Virus record (IMG/VR): IMGVR_UViG_3300026178_000071
Source: a virus
Strand: one strand, 5' to 3'
DNA: 58,682 nt
Shown in pieces: positions 52,286 through 58,682 of the stretch. The translations under genes and the position numbers were made by a program. Within the stretch, counting starts at the first letter, position 1, and each line of letters begins with the position of its first letter. The notes beneath the pieces are model-generated. The model was not told the origin of the DNA, ran no database searches, and worked only from the letters and a program-made list of their open reading frames with translations.

Positions 52286-52294
52286 GAGGATACC

Positions 52295-52852
52295 ATGAAG
52301 AACTGCACGGACGATAGGACTTGTCTCAACGAAAGCCTGATCGAAGAACTCACTCAGGCATTGGCGGCGCTGCTTTGGCAGCACGACAACAATGACGGCA
52401 CGCTGTGCGGCATGGCCCTACAGGACGCACGGGCCGCACTTGCCAAGGCGCAGGCGCAGCCCGAACCACTTGGCAGCACGGTAAACCCGCAAGACCGCAC
52501 CTTCAAGTGCATGTACTGCGGTGGGGTCATGTCCTGGGAGGACATGGAGAACGGTTGGGACTTGTATTACTGCCAGGGCGAGACGTGCCGCCATCAGCAC
52601 ACCGTGGCGCGGGAATACTGGACATGGTACGTCAACGTGTACAGCATCAGCCAAGGCTACGGGGGACCGGAGGAAGGCGGCTGGTGGTACAACGTGGGCG
52701 AGCCGGTAACTTCCGTGCGCTGTGACACGCACACCGAAGCGGAGACAATGGCCGACATTCTCCGCAAGAAGTACCTCAACACGGGCAAGAGCCGCAGCAC
52801 ATTGGGCGGCGACGACACGCCATACCCGACCGAGCGACCGCACTACGAATAG
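52295..52852 (+). CDS. Hypothetical protein with CMYCGG...CQGETC zinc ribbon (185 aa)
   Basis: ORF track; AGGAGG SD. Confidence 0.5.
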   Translation: MKNCTDDRTCLNESLIEELTQALAALLWQHDNNDGTLCGMALQDARAALAKAQAQPEPLGSTVNPQDRTFKCMYCGGVMSWEDMENGWDLYYCQGETCRHQHTVAREYWTWYVNVYSISQGYGGPEEGGWWYNVGEPVTSVRCDTHTEAETMADILRKKYLNTGKSRSTLGGDDTPYPTERPHYE

Positions 52853-52859
52853 CTAACCA

Positions 52860-52893
52860 GGGGTGGGAGAATCCCGCGGGACTTTCCCACCCC
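52860..52893 (+). other. Long GC hairpin (ggggtggga ... tcccacccc with inner tcccgcggga palindrome)
   Basis: Read directly, 8 nt after the stop. It is followed by a CA-rich leader. Confidence 0.35.
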
Positions 52894-52920
52894 CCACTAC
52901 ATACCAGGAGAGGACACACC

Positions 52921-53427
52921 ATGAAACCCCCGAAGATCACGCCAGAACTACGGCAAGCCGTTGATACCTTTATCATGGCGCAAGCCTACGCCAAGGCTGT
53001 CAAACCCATCGTGCGCAAGTATCAGCAGGACGTGCTTGACGCCAACGACTTCCACTACAGCGCGGAATGGTCCAAGGAGTACACGCGCAACGGCGAGCCG
53101 CTCGCAGCCGGACGCTGCACCGACATTGACAGCACCTACCTGATGGACGACGAGGACGCAGCCAAGTACTTCGCGCTGCTCGACATTGCCAAGGAACAGG
53201 CGGGCTTCGTCGGGTTGCCCGCGGGCAACTGCCCGCTGCTCATGGCCGAGTACGATGTTATCAAAGCACGGTGGGCCATCGCTCACGCAGCCGAGTACAT
53301 CACGACCGAGACCGGCCACACCGCAACGTGTGACGCGATCTGCGCAGCCAACAAGCTCACCGAGTACACCGATTTGATTGTCGGGTTGGTCCTGTCACTG
53401 GACGGGAGAAAGAGAGGGCGCAAGTGA
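52921..53427 (+). CDS. Hypothetical protein (168 aa)
   Basis: ORF track; AGGAGAGG SD. Confidence 0.5.
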   Translation: MKPPKITPELRQAVDTFIMAQAYAKAVKPIVRKYQQDVLDANDFHYSAEWSKEYTRNGEPLAAGRCTDIDSTYLMDDEDAAKYFALLDIAKEQAGFVGLPAGNCPLLMAEYDVIKARWAIAHAAEYITTETGHTATCDAICAANKLTEYTDLIVGLVLSLDGRKRGRK

Positions 53428-53666
53428 TACTCGCACGGGTTGAAACCAAGCGCGGCACGGCCATACTGCATGACATTGACGGCGAGAAGTTCGCCACGTT
53501 CCGCGACCCTGACGGAGAGTTCGTGCATCACTCCACTTGGAGCGATGCGATTATCAAGACGGTCGAGCGGGCATGGGCCACCTACCACGCCATGAGCCGC
53601 AACTACACGGACAATGGGAGGGTGCTACCTATCACCCTCCCGCCACACTTGGAGGTAACACCATGA
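53424..53666 (+). CDS. Hypothetical protein (80 aa)
   Basis: GTG start overlapping the upstream stop (GTGA). Confidence 0.4.
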   Translation: MILARVETKRGTAILHDIDGEKFATFRDPDGEFVHHSTWSDAIIKTVERAWATYHAMSRNYTDNGRVLPITLPPHLEVTP

Positions 53667-53851
53667 CCCGCAAGCGCCGAGCACCGCAGTTGATCTGCGA
53701 CGATCTCCCTATTTTCACCGGCACGCCTATCATGGTGCCCGACCCGACCAAGCCCAAGGCAGAGGAACCCAAGCCGCCGACCCCGCCCGTTGACGAGTGG
53801 GGTTGGTGCGGAAATCTGCTCGATGCGAGTTTTGATTTTGTTGCGGAATGA
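53663..53851 (+). CDS. Hypothetical Pro/Lys-rich protein (62 aa)
   Basis: ATGA overlap with the upstream gene; GGAGG SD. Confidence 0.4.
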   Translation: MTRKRRAPQLICDDLPIFTGTPIMVPDPTKPKAEEPKPPTPPVDEWGWCGNLLDASFDFVAE

Positions 53852-53903
53852 GCCGCACCCATATGGTATGATGGTACCAACACACACAAGGGAGGATTAC
53901 ACC

Positions 53904-54116
53904 ATGAGAACCAAGGCAACGATCTTCAAGGCAAGCGAGTTCAAGGCCCTGGCAATGAATGACCAGGGGGCCAGCTATGTTGTAGGCAACGACATGCAGT
54001 ACCCATCTGTTCGTGCGGCCAAGCGAGCCGCTCGCGCTGAGATGGGCAGCGGGTGGCGCATCAAGATCATCGACGTGTACACCGGCGCGATTATCGAGAC
54101 GTTCCGTATCCGATGA
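53904..54116 (+). CDS. Hypothetical protein (70 aa)
   Basis: Preceded by TGGTATGAT (extended -10-like) and the conserved leader ACACACAAGGGAGGATTACACC. Confidence 0.45.
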   Translation: MRTKATIFKASEFKALAMNDQGASYVVGNDMQYPSVRAAKRAARAEMGSGWRIKIIDVYTGAIIETFRIR

Positions 54117-54128
54117 CTCGCAGCCTTC

Positions 54129-54155
54129 GCCGGGTGGGGGGGGTGAAACCCGGCA
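54129..54155 (+). repeat. Repeated stem-loop element, copy 2: gccgggt-G8-tgaa-acccggc
   Basis: See 51780-51804. Confidence 0.7.
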
Positions 54156-54167
54156 ACAGGGGACAGC

Positions 54168-54356
54168 ATGAACGTGAACAAGGACGCGACCTACCTGGGG
54201 GACGGCGTATACGTGCGAAACGATGGTTATCACATCATACTGATAACGGACGGTAACACCATCTACCTTGACTCTGGTGTACTCACCGGCCTGTTGGCCT
54301 ACGTGGAGAAGCTGAACAAAGAGGGGGCCGAACATGGCAATGACGATACGACTTGA
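54168..54356 (+). CDS. Hypothetical protein (62 aa)
   Basis: ORF track; follows stem-loop copy 2. Confidence 0.45.
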   Translation: MNVNKDATYLGDGVYVRNDGYHIILITDGNTIYLDSGVLTGLLAYVEKLNKEGAEHGNDDTT

Positions 54357-54651
54357 CGCTGAGGAAACCGCCAAGCTACGGGAGAAGGCCGCGCGGTTGG
54401 GCTACATGGCGAATGACGGGCGCTTCGTGGGCGAGGGCAGCATCAATAAGCTTGTGTGTGCCATCGCAGCGGGCGAGGTCGTGATGATGGAACCGGAAAC
54501 CTGGGACAGCCTCCGCACCGCAGCCCGTGCGCTGTGTGACAGCCTCCGCATATGGCATGACAACGGGGGCTACGAGTGCCACTGTCAGGAACACAAGGAT
54601 TTGGAGATTGCCCTTGGCGAGACAGGGAGAATGATAGGGTACAAACCATGA
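54334..54651 (+). CDS. RHH-like protein (105 aa), intact paralogue
   Basis: MAMTIRLDAEETAKLREKAARLGYMANDGRFVGEGSINKLVCAIAAGE shows a strand-helix-helix pattern. Confidence 0.5.
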   Translation: MAMTIRLDAEETAKLREKAARLGYMANDGRFVGEGSINKLVCAIAAGEVVMMEPETWDSLRTAARALCDSLRIWHDNGGYECHCQEHKDLEIALGETGRMIGYKP

Positions 54652-54654
54652 CAC

Positions 54655-54690
54655 AAACCGCCGCGCGATGAGGGTCGCGCGGCGGTTTTT
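54655..54690 (+). terminator. Strong intrinsic terminator, probably bidirectional, at the convergence of the rightward module and the leftward early operon
   Basis: 11-bp stem ccgccgcgcga/tcgcgcggcgg, loop tgaggg, flanked by aaa on the 5' side and ttttt on the 3' side. Confidence 0.8.
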
Positions 54691-54749
54691 GCGCGTCTGG
54701 AACCCGTGGAAGTGTGCATTATCTTTACACATAACCAACAGGTAGACTC

Positions 54750-55238
54750 TTACAGCAAGCCGTCAAGCCAACCCCGCTTGACCTTGACGGGTTGCCCCGC
54801 AGGTTTGGGAACCTCTCCCGCATGATGACCGGCTACCTGGGGGCGCTCGATACCCGTATGATCTCCCCCCGACCAGGGGACCGGCATACCTACGGCACGC
54901 TGTGCGGCCTTGTCAATCATGCGATAGGACACATGACACCCGTAACGCTGTAGCAAGTAGTTGGCCCACCGCGCTTGATGCGCGGGAATGTCGAACGCAA
55001 TCCACCACGGAGCCATAGGTTCTTCGTTGGAACAGCGCGTCACCCGCCGCCCCCACATCGGGCGGACCCCGTAGCGCGCAAGCATACGCTCCACATCACC
55101 CCCGCAGGAACCCCCAGGCGGCAGCACTTCAAAGTGCGCGCCACCGCCCCGCCCCGCGACCAGCATCACCCCACTACCCAAAACAGAACTTACCTTCGCT
55201 ATCAAGTTGAAACTGTCCAGTAATGCGGTCAGGTCCAT
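54750..55238 (-). CDS. Hypothetical protein (162 aa), last gene of the early operon
   Basis: ATG 55238 (MDLTALLDSF) lies after the stop of the upstream gene. Confidence 0.45.
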   Translation of the reverse strand: MDLTALLDSFNLIAKVSSVLGSGVMLVAGRGGGAHFEVLPPGGSCGGDVERMLARYGVRPMWGRRVTRCSNEEPMAPWWIAFDIPAHQARWANYLLQRYGCHVSYRMIDKAAQRAVGMPVPWSGGDHTGIERPQVAGHHAGEVPKPAGQPVKVKRGWLDGLL

Positions 55239-55246
55239 GCTTCCCC

Positions 55247-55738
55247 CTACTGCGTGAACTCCCCAATCCACTCAGGTTGCTCTACAACAATGTCATCGCC
55301 ACCCTCAAACGCTTCGGGCGGGAGATCATCACCGCGCGACCGGCGTGCGTACATGCGTTGCTCGTCGCGCGGTGCGGCCCCGGCCATGTACGCCGCGCGG
55401 AAGTACTCAGGGAAAGAGGACGGGTCATACGTCTTGCCGTCACTGAGTTGCAGGGTGCTGCGCATTGGGGGCAAGCCGTGATGAATCTCCCGCACGGTCG
55501 TCGTGCCATTCGTGATCGTGTGCTCGCGCTCGCCGGTTATGTCCTGCTTGCGGTACATGCGGACCACGAAGCCGATGGACACGACCACGATAGCGATTGA
55601 TATGCTGGTGATGAGCGTGCGTGCCAAGGCAAACACGCTCTCCCACCCCATCATAGCCATAGCGACAATGGCCGGAATAGCCATTCCCAGGACGATGACG
55701 AACGGCCATGCCATGCTGCCCGACTTGGTTTCCTGCAT
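55247..55738 (-). CDS. Membrane protein with two TM helices (163 aa)
   Basis: AWPFVIVLGMAIPAIVAMAMMGW and LITSISIAIVVVSIGFVV. Confidence 0.5.
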   Translation of the reverse strand: MQETKSGSMAWPFVIVLGMAIPAIVAMAMMGWESVFALARTLITSISIAIVVVSIGFVVRMYRKQDITGEREHTITNGTTTVREIHHGLPPMRSTLQLSDGKTYDPSSFPEYFRAAYMAGAAPRDEQRMYARRSRGDDLPPEAFEGGDDIVVEQPEWIGEFTQ

Positions 55739-55741
55739 CGG

Positions 55742-57004
55742 CTACCCCTCCCGAACGTACTCGCACAGCCGCTTGGCGCGCGTCGTACCCATGCCAAGCG
55801 CGCGGCGTACTGCGTCCACGCCCCCACCCGTGGCGAGTATCTGACCCGCCGCGGCCATCTCCCCCTCTGAGAAGTCGACTTGCTTGCGCCCCCGGCTTTC
55901 CCCTTTCAGGCCGACGGCGATACGGTCAGCGCGCGGCAGCAGCGCATCGAGACTACCCGGCCCACCCTTAGGTATACGCGACCAGATATGTTTGTTCTCG
56001 ATGTACGGTGCCTGGAAGTGGACGGTCTCGCCCGCGGCCAGATACACCATGTCCCCCCGTTGCAAGAGCGAAGCCACCCCCGTTTTCGCCCGCCCTGTCG
56101 CGCCCCAGGCTTCTGTTTCACGCGCCACCCGCCCGAAGATCGACACGGGGAAATTAGACAAGGCCTCACCCACCGTCTTTTGCTTGGGTGCCTGCGTCGT
56201 GGCGATAACGTGTATACCCCAGGCCGCAGCCACCTGAATGATGCGCGCCAGCAAGGGCGCAACGTCGCTACTCTCGTCCGTGTAGTGCTTGACTTCCTCC
56301 ACCACCACGAGCAGGCGCGGCGTAGTCTCGCCCGTGATCTCCCGCCGACTGATCTCGACCATCACCCACGTCAACAGCCGCACAACCTCAAATACGTCAC
56401 GCTGTATGGGGTGCAACAAGTGCCCGCTGTGCGTGAACGGCAGCAACCCGCCCCGGTTGCCTACCTTGGGGTCGGCGGCGATGAAACCCAGGGCGTCAGG
56501 CTTGTTCTGCATGAACAGCCGGTACAGCAGCCACTTCAACAGCATTGACTTGCCGCCTTGCGTGATGCCGCCAATCAGGATATGCGCCTGCGTCTCGTCG
56601 CGCAGGTCCAACCACAACGGCGCGGCCCCGATCTCGTTGACCCGAATCCCCAGGGGCACGGCGAGCGAGTGCGGGGGCTTTAGCTTATCTTCCAACCGGC
56701 GACCCATTAGCACCCGGCGCATAGGTTCGGGCTTGGGTATCTCGATCAGCAGCGCGCCGTTGAGTGGCGTCACTATGCTGGTCTTGGCCCCGGCCACCAT
56801 GCCCAACGCGCGGGCCATGTTCTCCACGTCCTCCGGTCGGACCCCCTCCGCTGGCATACACCTGTAGGCGTGGTATTGCGGAGTGTCCGCGAGCGGAGTG
56901 ACGATACACCCGGCGTTCTTGCCCCGACTTAGGCGCGTGTTTAGCGCACGCTGTAGCTGCACAGCAATGATGTGCGGGTCATACGTTGGCAGCGTTCCGT
57001 TCAT
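55742..57004 (-). CDS. FtsK/SpoIIIE-family DNA translocase-like ATPase
   Basis: Walker A ILIGGITQGGKS and Walker B RLLVVVEEV, plus IHVIATTQAP. I prefer ATG 57004 because codons upstream form a terminator-like hairpin. Confidence 0.7.
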   Translation of the reverse strand: MNGTLPTYDPHIIAVQLQRALNTRLSRGKNAGCIVTPLADTPQYHAYRCMPAEGVRPEDVENMARALGMVAGAKTSIVTPLNGALLIEIPKPEPMRRVLMGRRLEDKLKPPHSLAVPLGIRVNEIGAAPLWLDLRDETQAHILIGGITQGGKSMLLKWLLYRLFMQNKPDALGFIAADPKVGNRGGLLPFTHSGHLLHPIQRDVFEVVRLLTWVMVEISRREITGETTPRLLVVVEEVKHYTDESSDVAPLLARIIQVAAAWGIHVIATTQAPKQKTVGEALSNFPVSIFGRVARETEAWGATGRAKTGVASLLQRGDMVYLAAGETVHFQAPYIENKHIWSRIPKGGPGSLDALLPRADRIAVGLKGESRGRKQVDFSEGEMAAAGQILATGGGVDAVRRALGMGTTRAKRLCEYVREG

Positions 57005-57011
57005 TCCCACC

Positions 57012-57055
57012 CCCAAACAAAGAGCGCCCGTGCTTTTTGTGGTAAGCACGAGCGC
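57012..57055 (-). terminator. Hairpin plus T-tract on the minus strand just upstream of the FtsK-like gene (attenuator or terminator)
   Basis: 12-bp stem with one mismatch (57024-57035 / 57044-57055), followed on the minus strand by TCTTTGTTTG. Confidence 0.4.
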
Positions 57056-57065
57056 CCTGTATAAT
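57037..57065 (+). promoter_or_regulatory. Plus-strand promoter TTGTGG - 17 nt - TATAAT
   Basis: -35 at 57037-57042 and -10 at 57060-57065. It is embedded in the minus-strand hairpin. Confidence 0.4.
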
Positions 57066-57071
57066 CGCTCT

Positions 57072-57142
57072 CGGTGCCGCGTGCTTGACCACGTTGCGCC
57101 AGCCGGGTAGGTGCCTTCAACACCTACCCGGTTTGTCTGTTT
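57072..57142 (+). ncRNA. Candidate ~70-nt small RNA (promoter plus intrinsic terminator, no ORF)
   Basis: The predicted start lies ~7 nt after the -10 box. The terminator has an 11-bp stem ccgggtaggtg/cacctacccgg (57103-57113 / 57121-57131) followed by tttgtctgttt. Confidence 0.35.
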
Positions 57143-57145
57143 GAC

Positions 57146-57466
57146 TTAGTATACCACACCATCGCCTGCGTGTGTCAATTCTTCTTCCTGACGTAGCATC
57201 CTCCACATGCTCACCCCCAACCGCCATATGAACCGGACCACCCAGGCCGACCCGTAGTAGAGTGCAAAGCACAGCAGGGTATTGACGATCAGCCGCAGCG
57301 GGAACACAGGGTACGCATTGCGCACCACGGCCAGCCCCGTCATGGTCATGGCGAACGCCAACGGCATGTCGAACGGGCGGGAAAACGCTCTGCCGACATG
57401 CCATACGAGCAGGGACACAGCGCAGAACAGGAACCACACGGCCAGCAGGAACGTTGCGTCACTCAC
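57146..57466 (-). CDS. Polytopic membrane protein (106 aa)
   Basis: Three hydrophobic segments: FLLAVWFLFCAVSLLVW, LAFAMTMTGLAVV, LLCFALYYGSAWVV. Confidence 0.5.
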   Translation of the reverse strand: MSDATFLLAVWFLFCAVSLLVWHVGRAFSRPFDMPLAFAMTMTGLAVVRNAYPVFPLRLIVNTLLCFALYYGSAWVVRFIWRLGVSMWRMLRQEEELTHAGDGVVY

Positions 57467-57914
57467 CCTCCATACCTCCTATCCCCGGCAAGAAGCCGGG
57501 GTCAAACCGCCATGTGCCGTTACACACGGAGCACCAATACTCGTTCTCCCGCAGAGTATACGTCATGGGTTCATCGCAGATCGGACACATGGATTTCAAC
57601 TCGTCCGCGTCCGGCTCGCCGTCCACGATGTTCAGCGCGGCTTGTGCCAATTCCGTCATGTACTCGATGCGCCGACCAACCGGCGCTTTGTCCGCGTCCA
57701 CGATCTCCCGTAATGCCTGCCGAAGTACCTCGTTATCCTCGCGTAGAGCGGTGATTGTATCGTTGAGCTTGCCGTTGAGTAGTACAATACGGTCGAGTAG
57801 CTTTTCCTCCCCCGTGCCGCCGATCTTGCACGCGTCAAGGTAACGGTGCGCGGCTTGAATCACCTTGCTGCTCTTGCGTGCCAAGTCGTAGATGTCGTCG
57901 TTATGCTTGCTCAT
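57459..57914 (-). CDS. Coiled-coil protein with C-terminal zinc ribbon (151 aa)
   Basis: CPICDEP...CSVCNG. Confidence 0.5.
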   Translation of the reverse strand: MSKHNDDIYDLARKSSKVIQAAHRYLDACKIGGTGEEKLLDRIVLLNGKLNDTITALREDNEVLRQALREIVDADKAPVGRRIEYMTELAQAALNIVDGEPDADELKSMCPICDEPMTYTLRENEYWCSVCNGTWRFDPGFLPGIGGMEGE

Positions 57915-58132
57915 GGTGTCACCCCTCCCGCCGCAAGCGCGGCTACATAGCGATCAGCCTGCTCGCGTGTCTCGAACACACCGCGCAATTTTCGATACGG
58001 GTGCTGCTCGGCGCGCTTGATCGGATTACCTTTGTGACTGCGGGCATACGTCAACTGATAGACGCGCCATCCCTGATCTTTCACAGGCAGGCCATCGCTC
58101 GACGGACCTGCATACTCGATGACGTAGGCCAC
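57911..58132 (-). CDS. Hypothetical protein (73 aa)
   Basis: ORF track; 4-nt overlap with the downstream gene. Confidence 0.45.
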   Translation of the reverse strand: MAYVIEYAGPSSDGLPVKDQGWRVYQLTYARSHKGNPIKRAEQHPYRKLRGVFETREQADRYVAALAAGGVTP

Positions 58133-58133
58133 G

Positions 58134-58400
58134 TTACTCTCCCGCCGCGGACCGCGCGGCTTGCTGATACGGTCTTTCTGGCAAATCGGCCCAATAGTCG
58201 CAATCTGCCAAACGTACAGGCGAAAAATCTTCCGGATACAAAATCACCATCGCGTCTCGATGCGGGGGTCGCGGCAATGAGAACACACCGGGCCACACGA
58301 CGCCGTTGTATACAACCAATATGGTTTTCGAGTGCTGTGGAGCCGCAACCGTCAGCTTCCACTCAACACACACAATATTCCCTGAGTAATGTTCAGCCAT
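58134..58400 (-). CDS. Hypothetical protein (88 aa)
   Basis: ORF track; operon packing. Confidence 0.45.
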   Translation of the reverse strand: MAEHYSGNIVCVEWKLTVAAPQHSKTILVVYNGVVWPGVFSLPRPPHRDAMVILYPEDFSPVRLADCDYWADLPERPYQQAARSAAGE

Positions 58401-58584
58401 GTATCACTCTCCCGTAGTCAAACGTCCCATCATCGCGATCATCTTCATCAATCGTGCCTTCGCCGTAGCAGTCCGGGCAAACTTCCTCGCCGTCGCCGTG
58501 GATGCAATGACCAATGCCGTTGCACATGTCGTCACAACAGGTGATGATGATGCCTTCACCGCCGCATCGTTCACAGGTTGCCAT
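58393..58584 (-). CDS. Small DnaJ-type zinc-finger protein (two CxxCxGxG motifs) with acidic tail
   Basis: MATCERCGGEG...CPDCYGEGTIDEDDRDDGTFDYG. ATG 58584 lies in ATGGCAACCTGTGA, overlapping the stop of the junction-spanning gene. Confidence 0.5.
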   Translation of the reverse strand: MATCERCGGEGIIITCCDDMCNGIGHCIHGDGEEVCPDCYGEGTIDEDDRDDGTFDYGRVIHG

Positions 58585-58658
58585 GCGTCCCTCCCGCCGC
58601 GTCCAACGCGGCTCGCATTTCTCGGCGCACCCTGCGCGCCTCATCAGGAGTGTTGTCA
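58571..58658 (-). CDS. C-terminal 28 codons plus stop of the junction-spanning gene (continuation of 1-536)
   Basis: ...DNTPDEARRVRREMRAALDAAGGTHGNL-stop. It is in frame with 1-536 once the 24-nt overlap is removed. Confidence 0.55.
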
Positions 58659-58682
58659 ATCAACTGTACTTCTTCAATCACG
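58659..58682. repeat. Terminal overlap copy B (identical to nt 1-24)
   Basis: Read directly. Confidence 0.9.

Noticed and set aside
1-58682. The 24-nt terminal repeat as a genuine phage direct terminal repeat
   Set aside because: It is too short for known DTRs and falls inside a coding sequence that reads in frame across it. An assembler overlap on a circular or permuted genome is the simpler explanation.
1-58682. Diversity-generating retroelement, retron or group II intron associated with the fibre genes
   Set aside because: No reverse-transcriptase-like ORF (no YxDD-type motif) was seen anywhere in the window, and there is no template/variable repeat pair outside the collagen periodicity.

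Overview
This window is a complete GC-rich tailed-phage genome assembled as a circle. Nt 1-24 equal nt 58659-58682, and one ORF reads in frame across that junction, giving a unique length of 58,658 nt. I saw no rRNA, tRNA, CRISPR array, transposase or reverse transcriptase. Five transcription blocks are visible. (1) A leftward early/replication operon starts at a near-consensus promoter at 10259-10287. It runs through nt 1, around the junction, and down to a strong bidirectional terminator at 54655-54690. It encodes RecT, a RuvC-like resolvase, a DnaD-like organiser, a DnaC-like loader, an RHH protein, PD-(D/E)xK-like nucleases, a secreted PPC-like moron, an FtsK-like ATPase and many small Zn-finger and membrane proteins. 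(2) A short rightward unit at 10385-11029 carries a 61-codon tyrosine-integrase fragment and a tandem-wHTH regulator. (3) A four-gene accessory operon (13247 down to 11021) has its own consensus promoter. It encodes a Thr/Pro-rich envelope protein, a membrane-anchored caspase/CHAT-like protease, a metallophosphoesterase and a wHTH protein. (4) A 36-kb leftward late block runs from 49218 down to 13258. In order it encodes a 2-TM protein, TerS, TerL, portal, six small proteins, a 4,883-aa polyvalent protein, scaffold, major capsid and a decoration-like protein. It continues with a GT-A glycosyltransferase, a lipoprotein, an HNH endonuclease, a GH+amidase lysin and a GT2-methyltransferase fusion. 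It ends with a collagen-like fibre of about 200 G-X-Y triplets with a CBM-like insert, a 790-aa tail protein and a Vsr-like nuclease. The polyvalent protein combines ParB-like, N6-MTase and SNF2/Sbno-type helicase modules, and its 14,652 nt are one quarter of the genome. No tape-measure, tube or sheath gene is recognisable, so a short-tailed virion is likely. (5) A rightward module of small genes (49417-54651) is led by a Topo VI-A/Spo11-like Toprim protein. Most of its genes are preceded by a GC hairpin plus a conserved CA-rich leader and Shine-Dalgarno. The most unusual element is the giant head-module ORF. I interpret it as a capsid-packaged, injected anti-restriction or host-takeover protein that fuses functions phage P1 spreads over DarB and DdrB. 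All functional calls come from motifs read by eye; none was verified by a database search.
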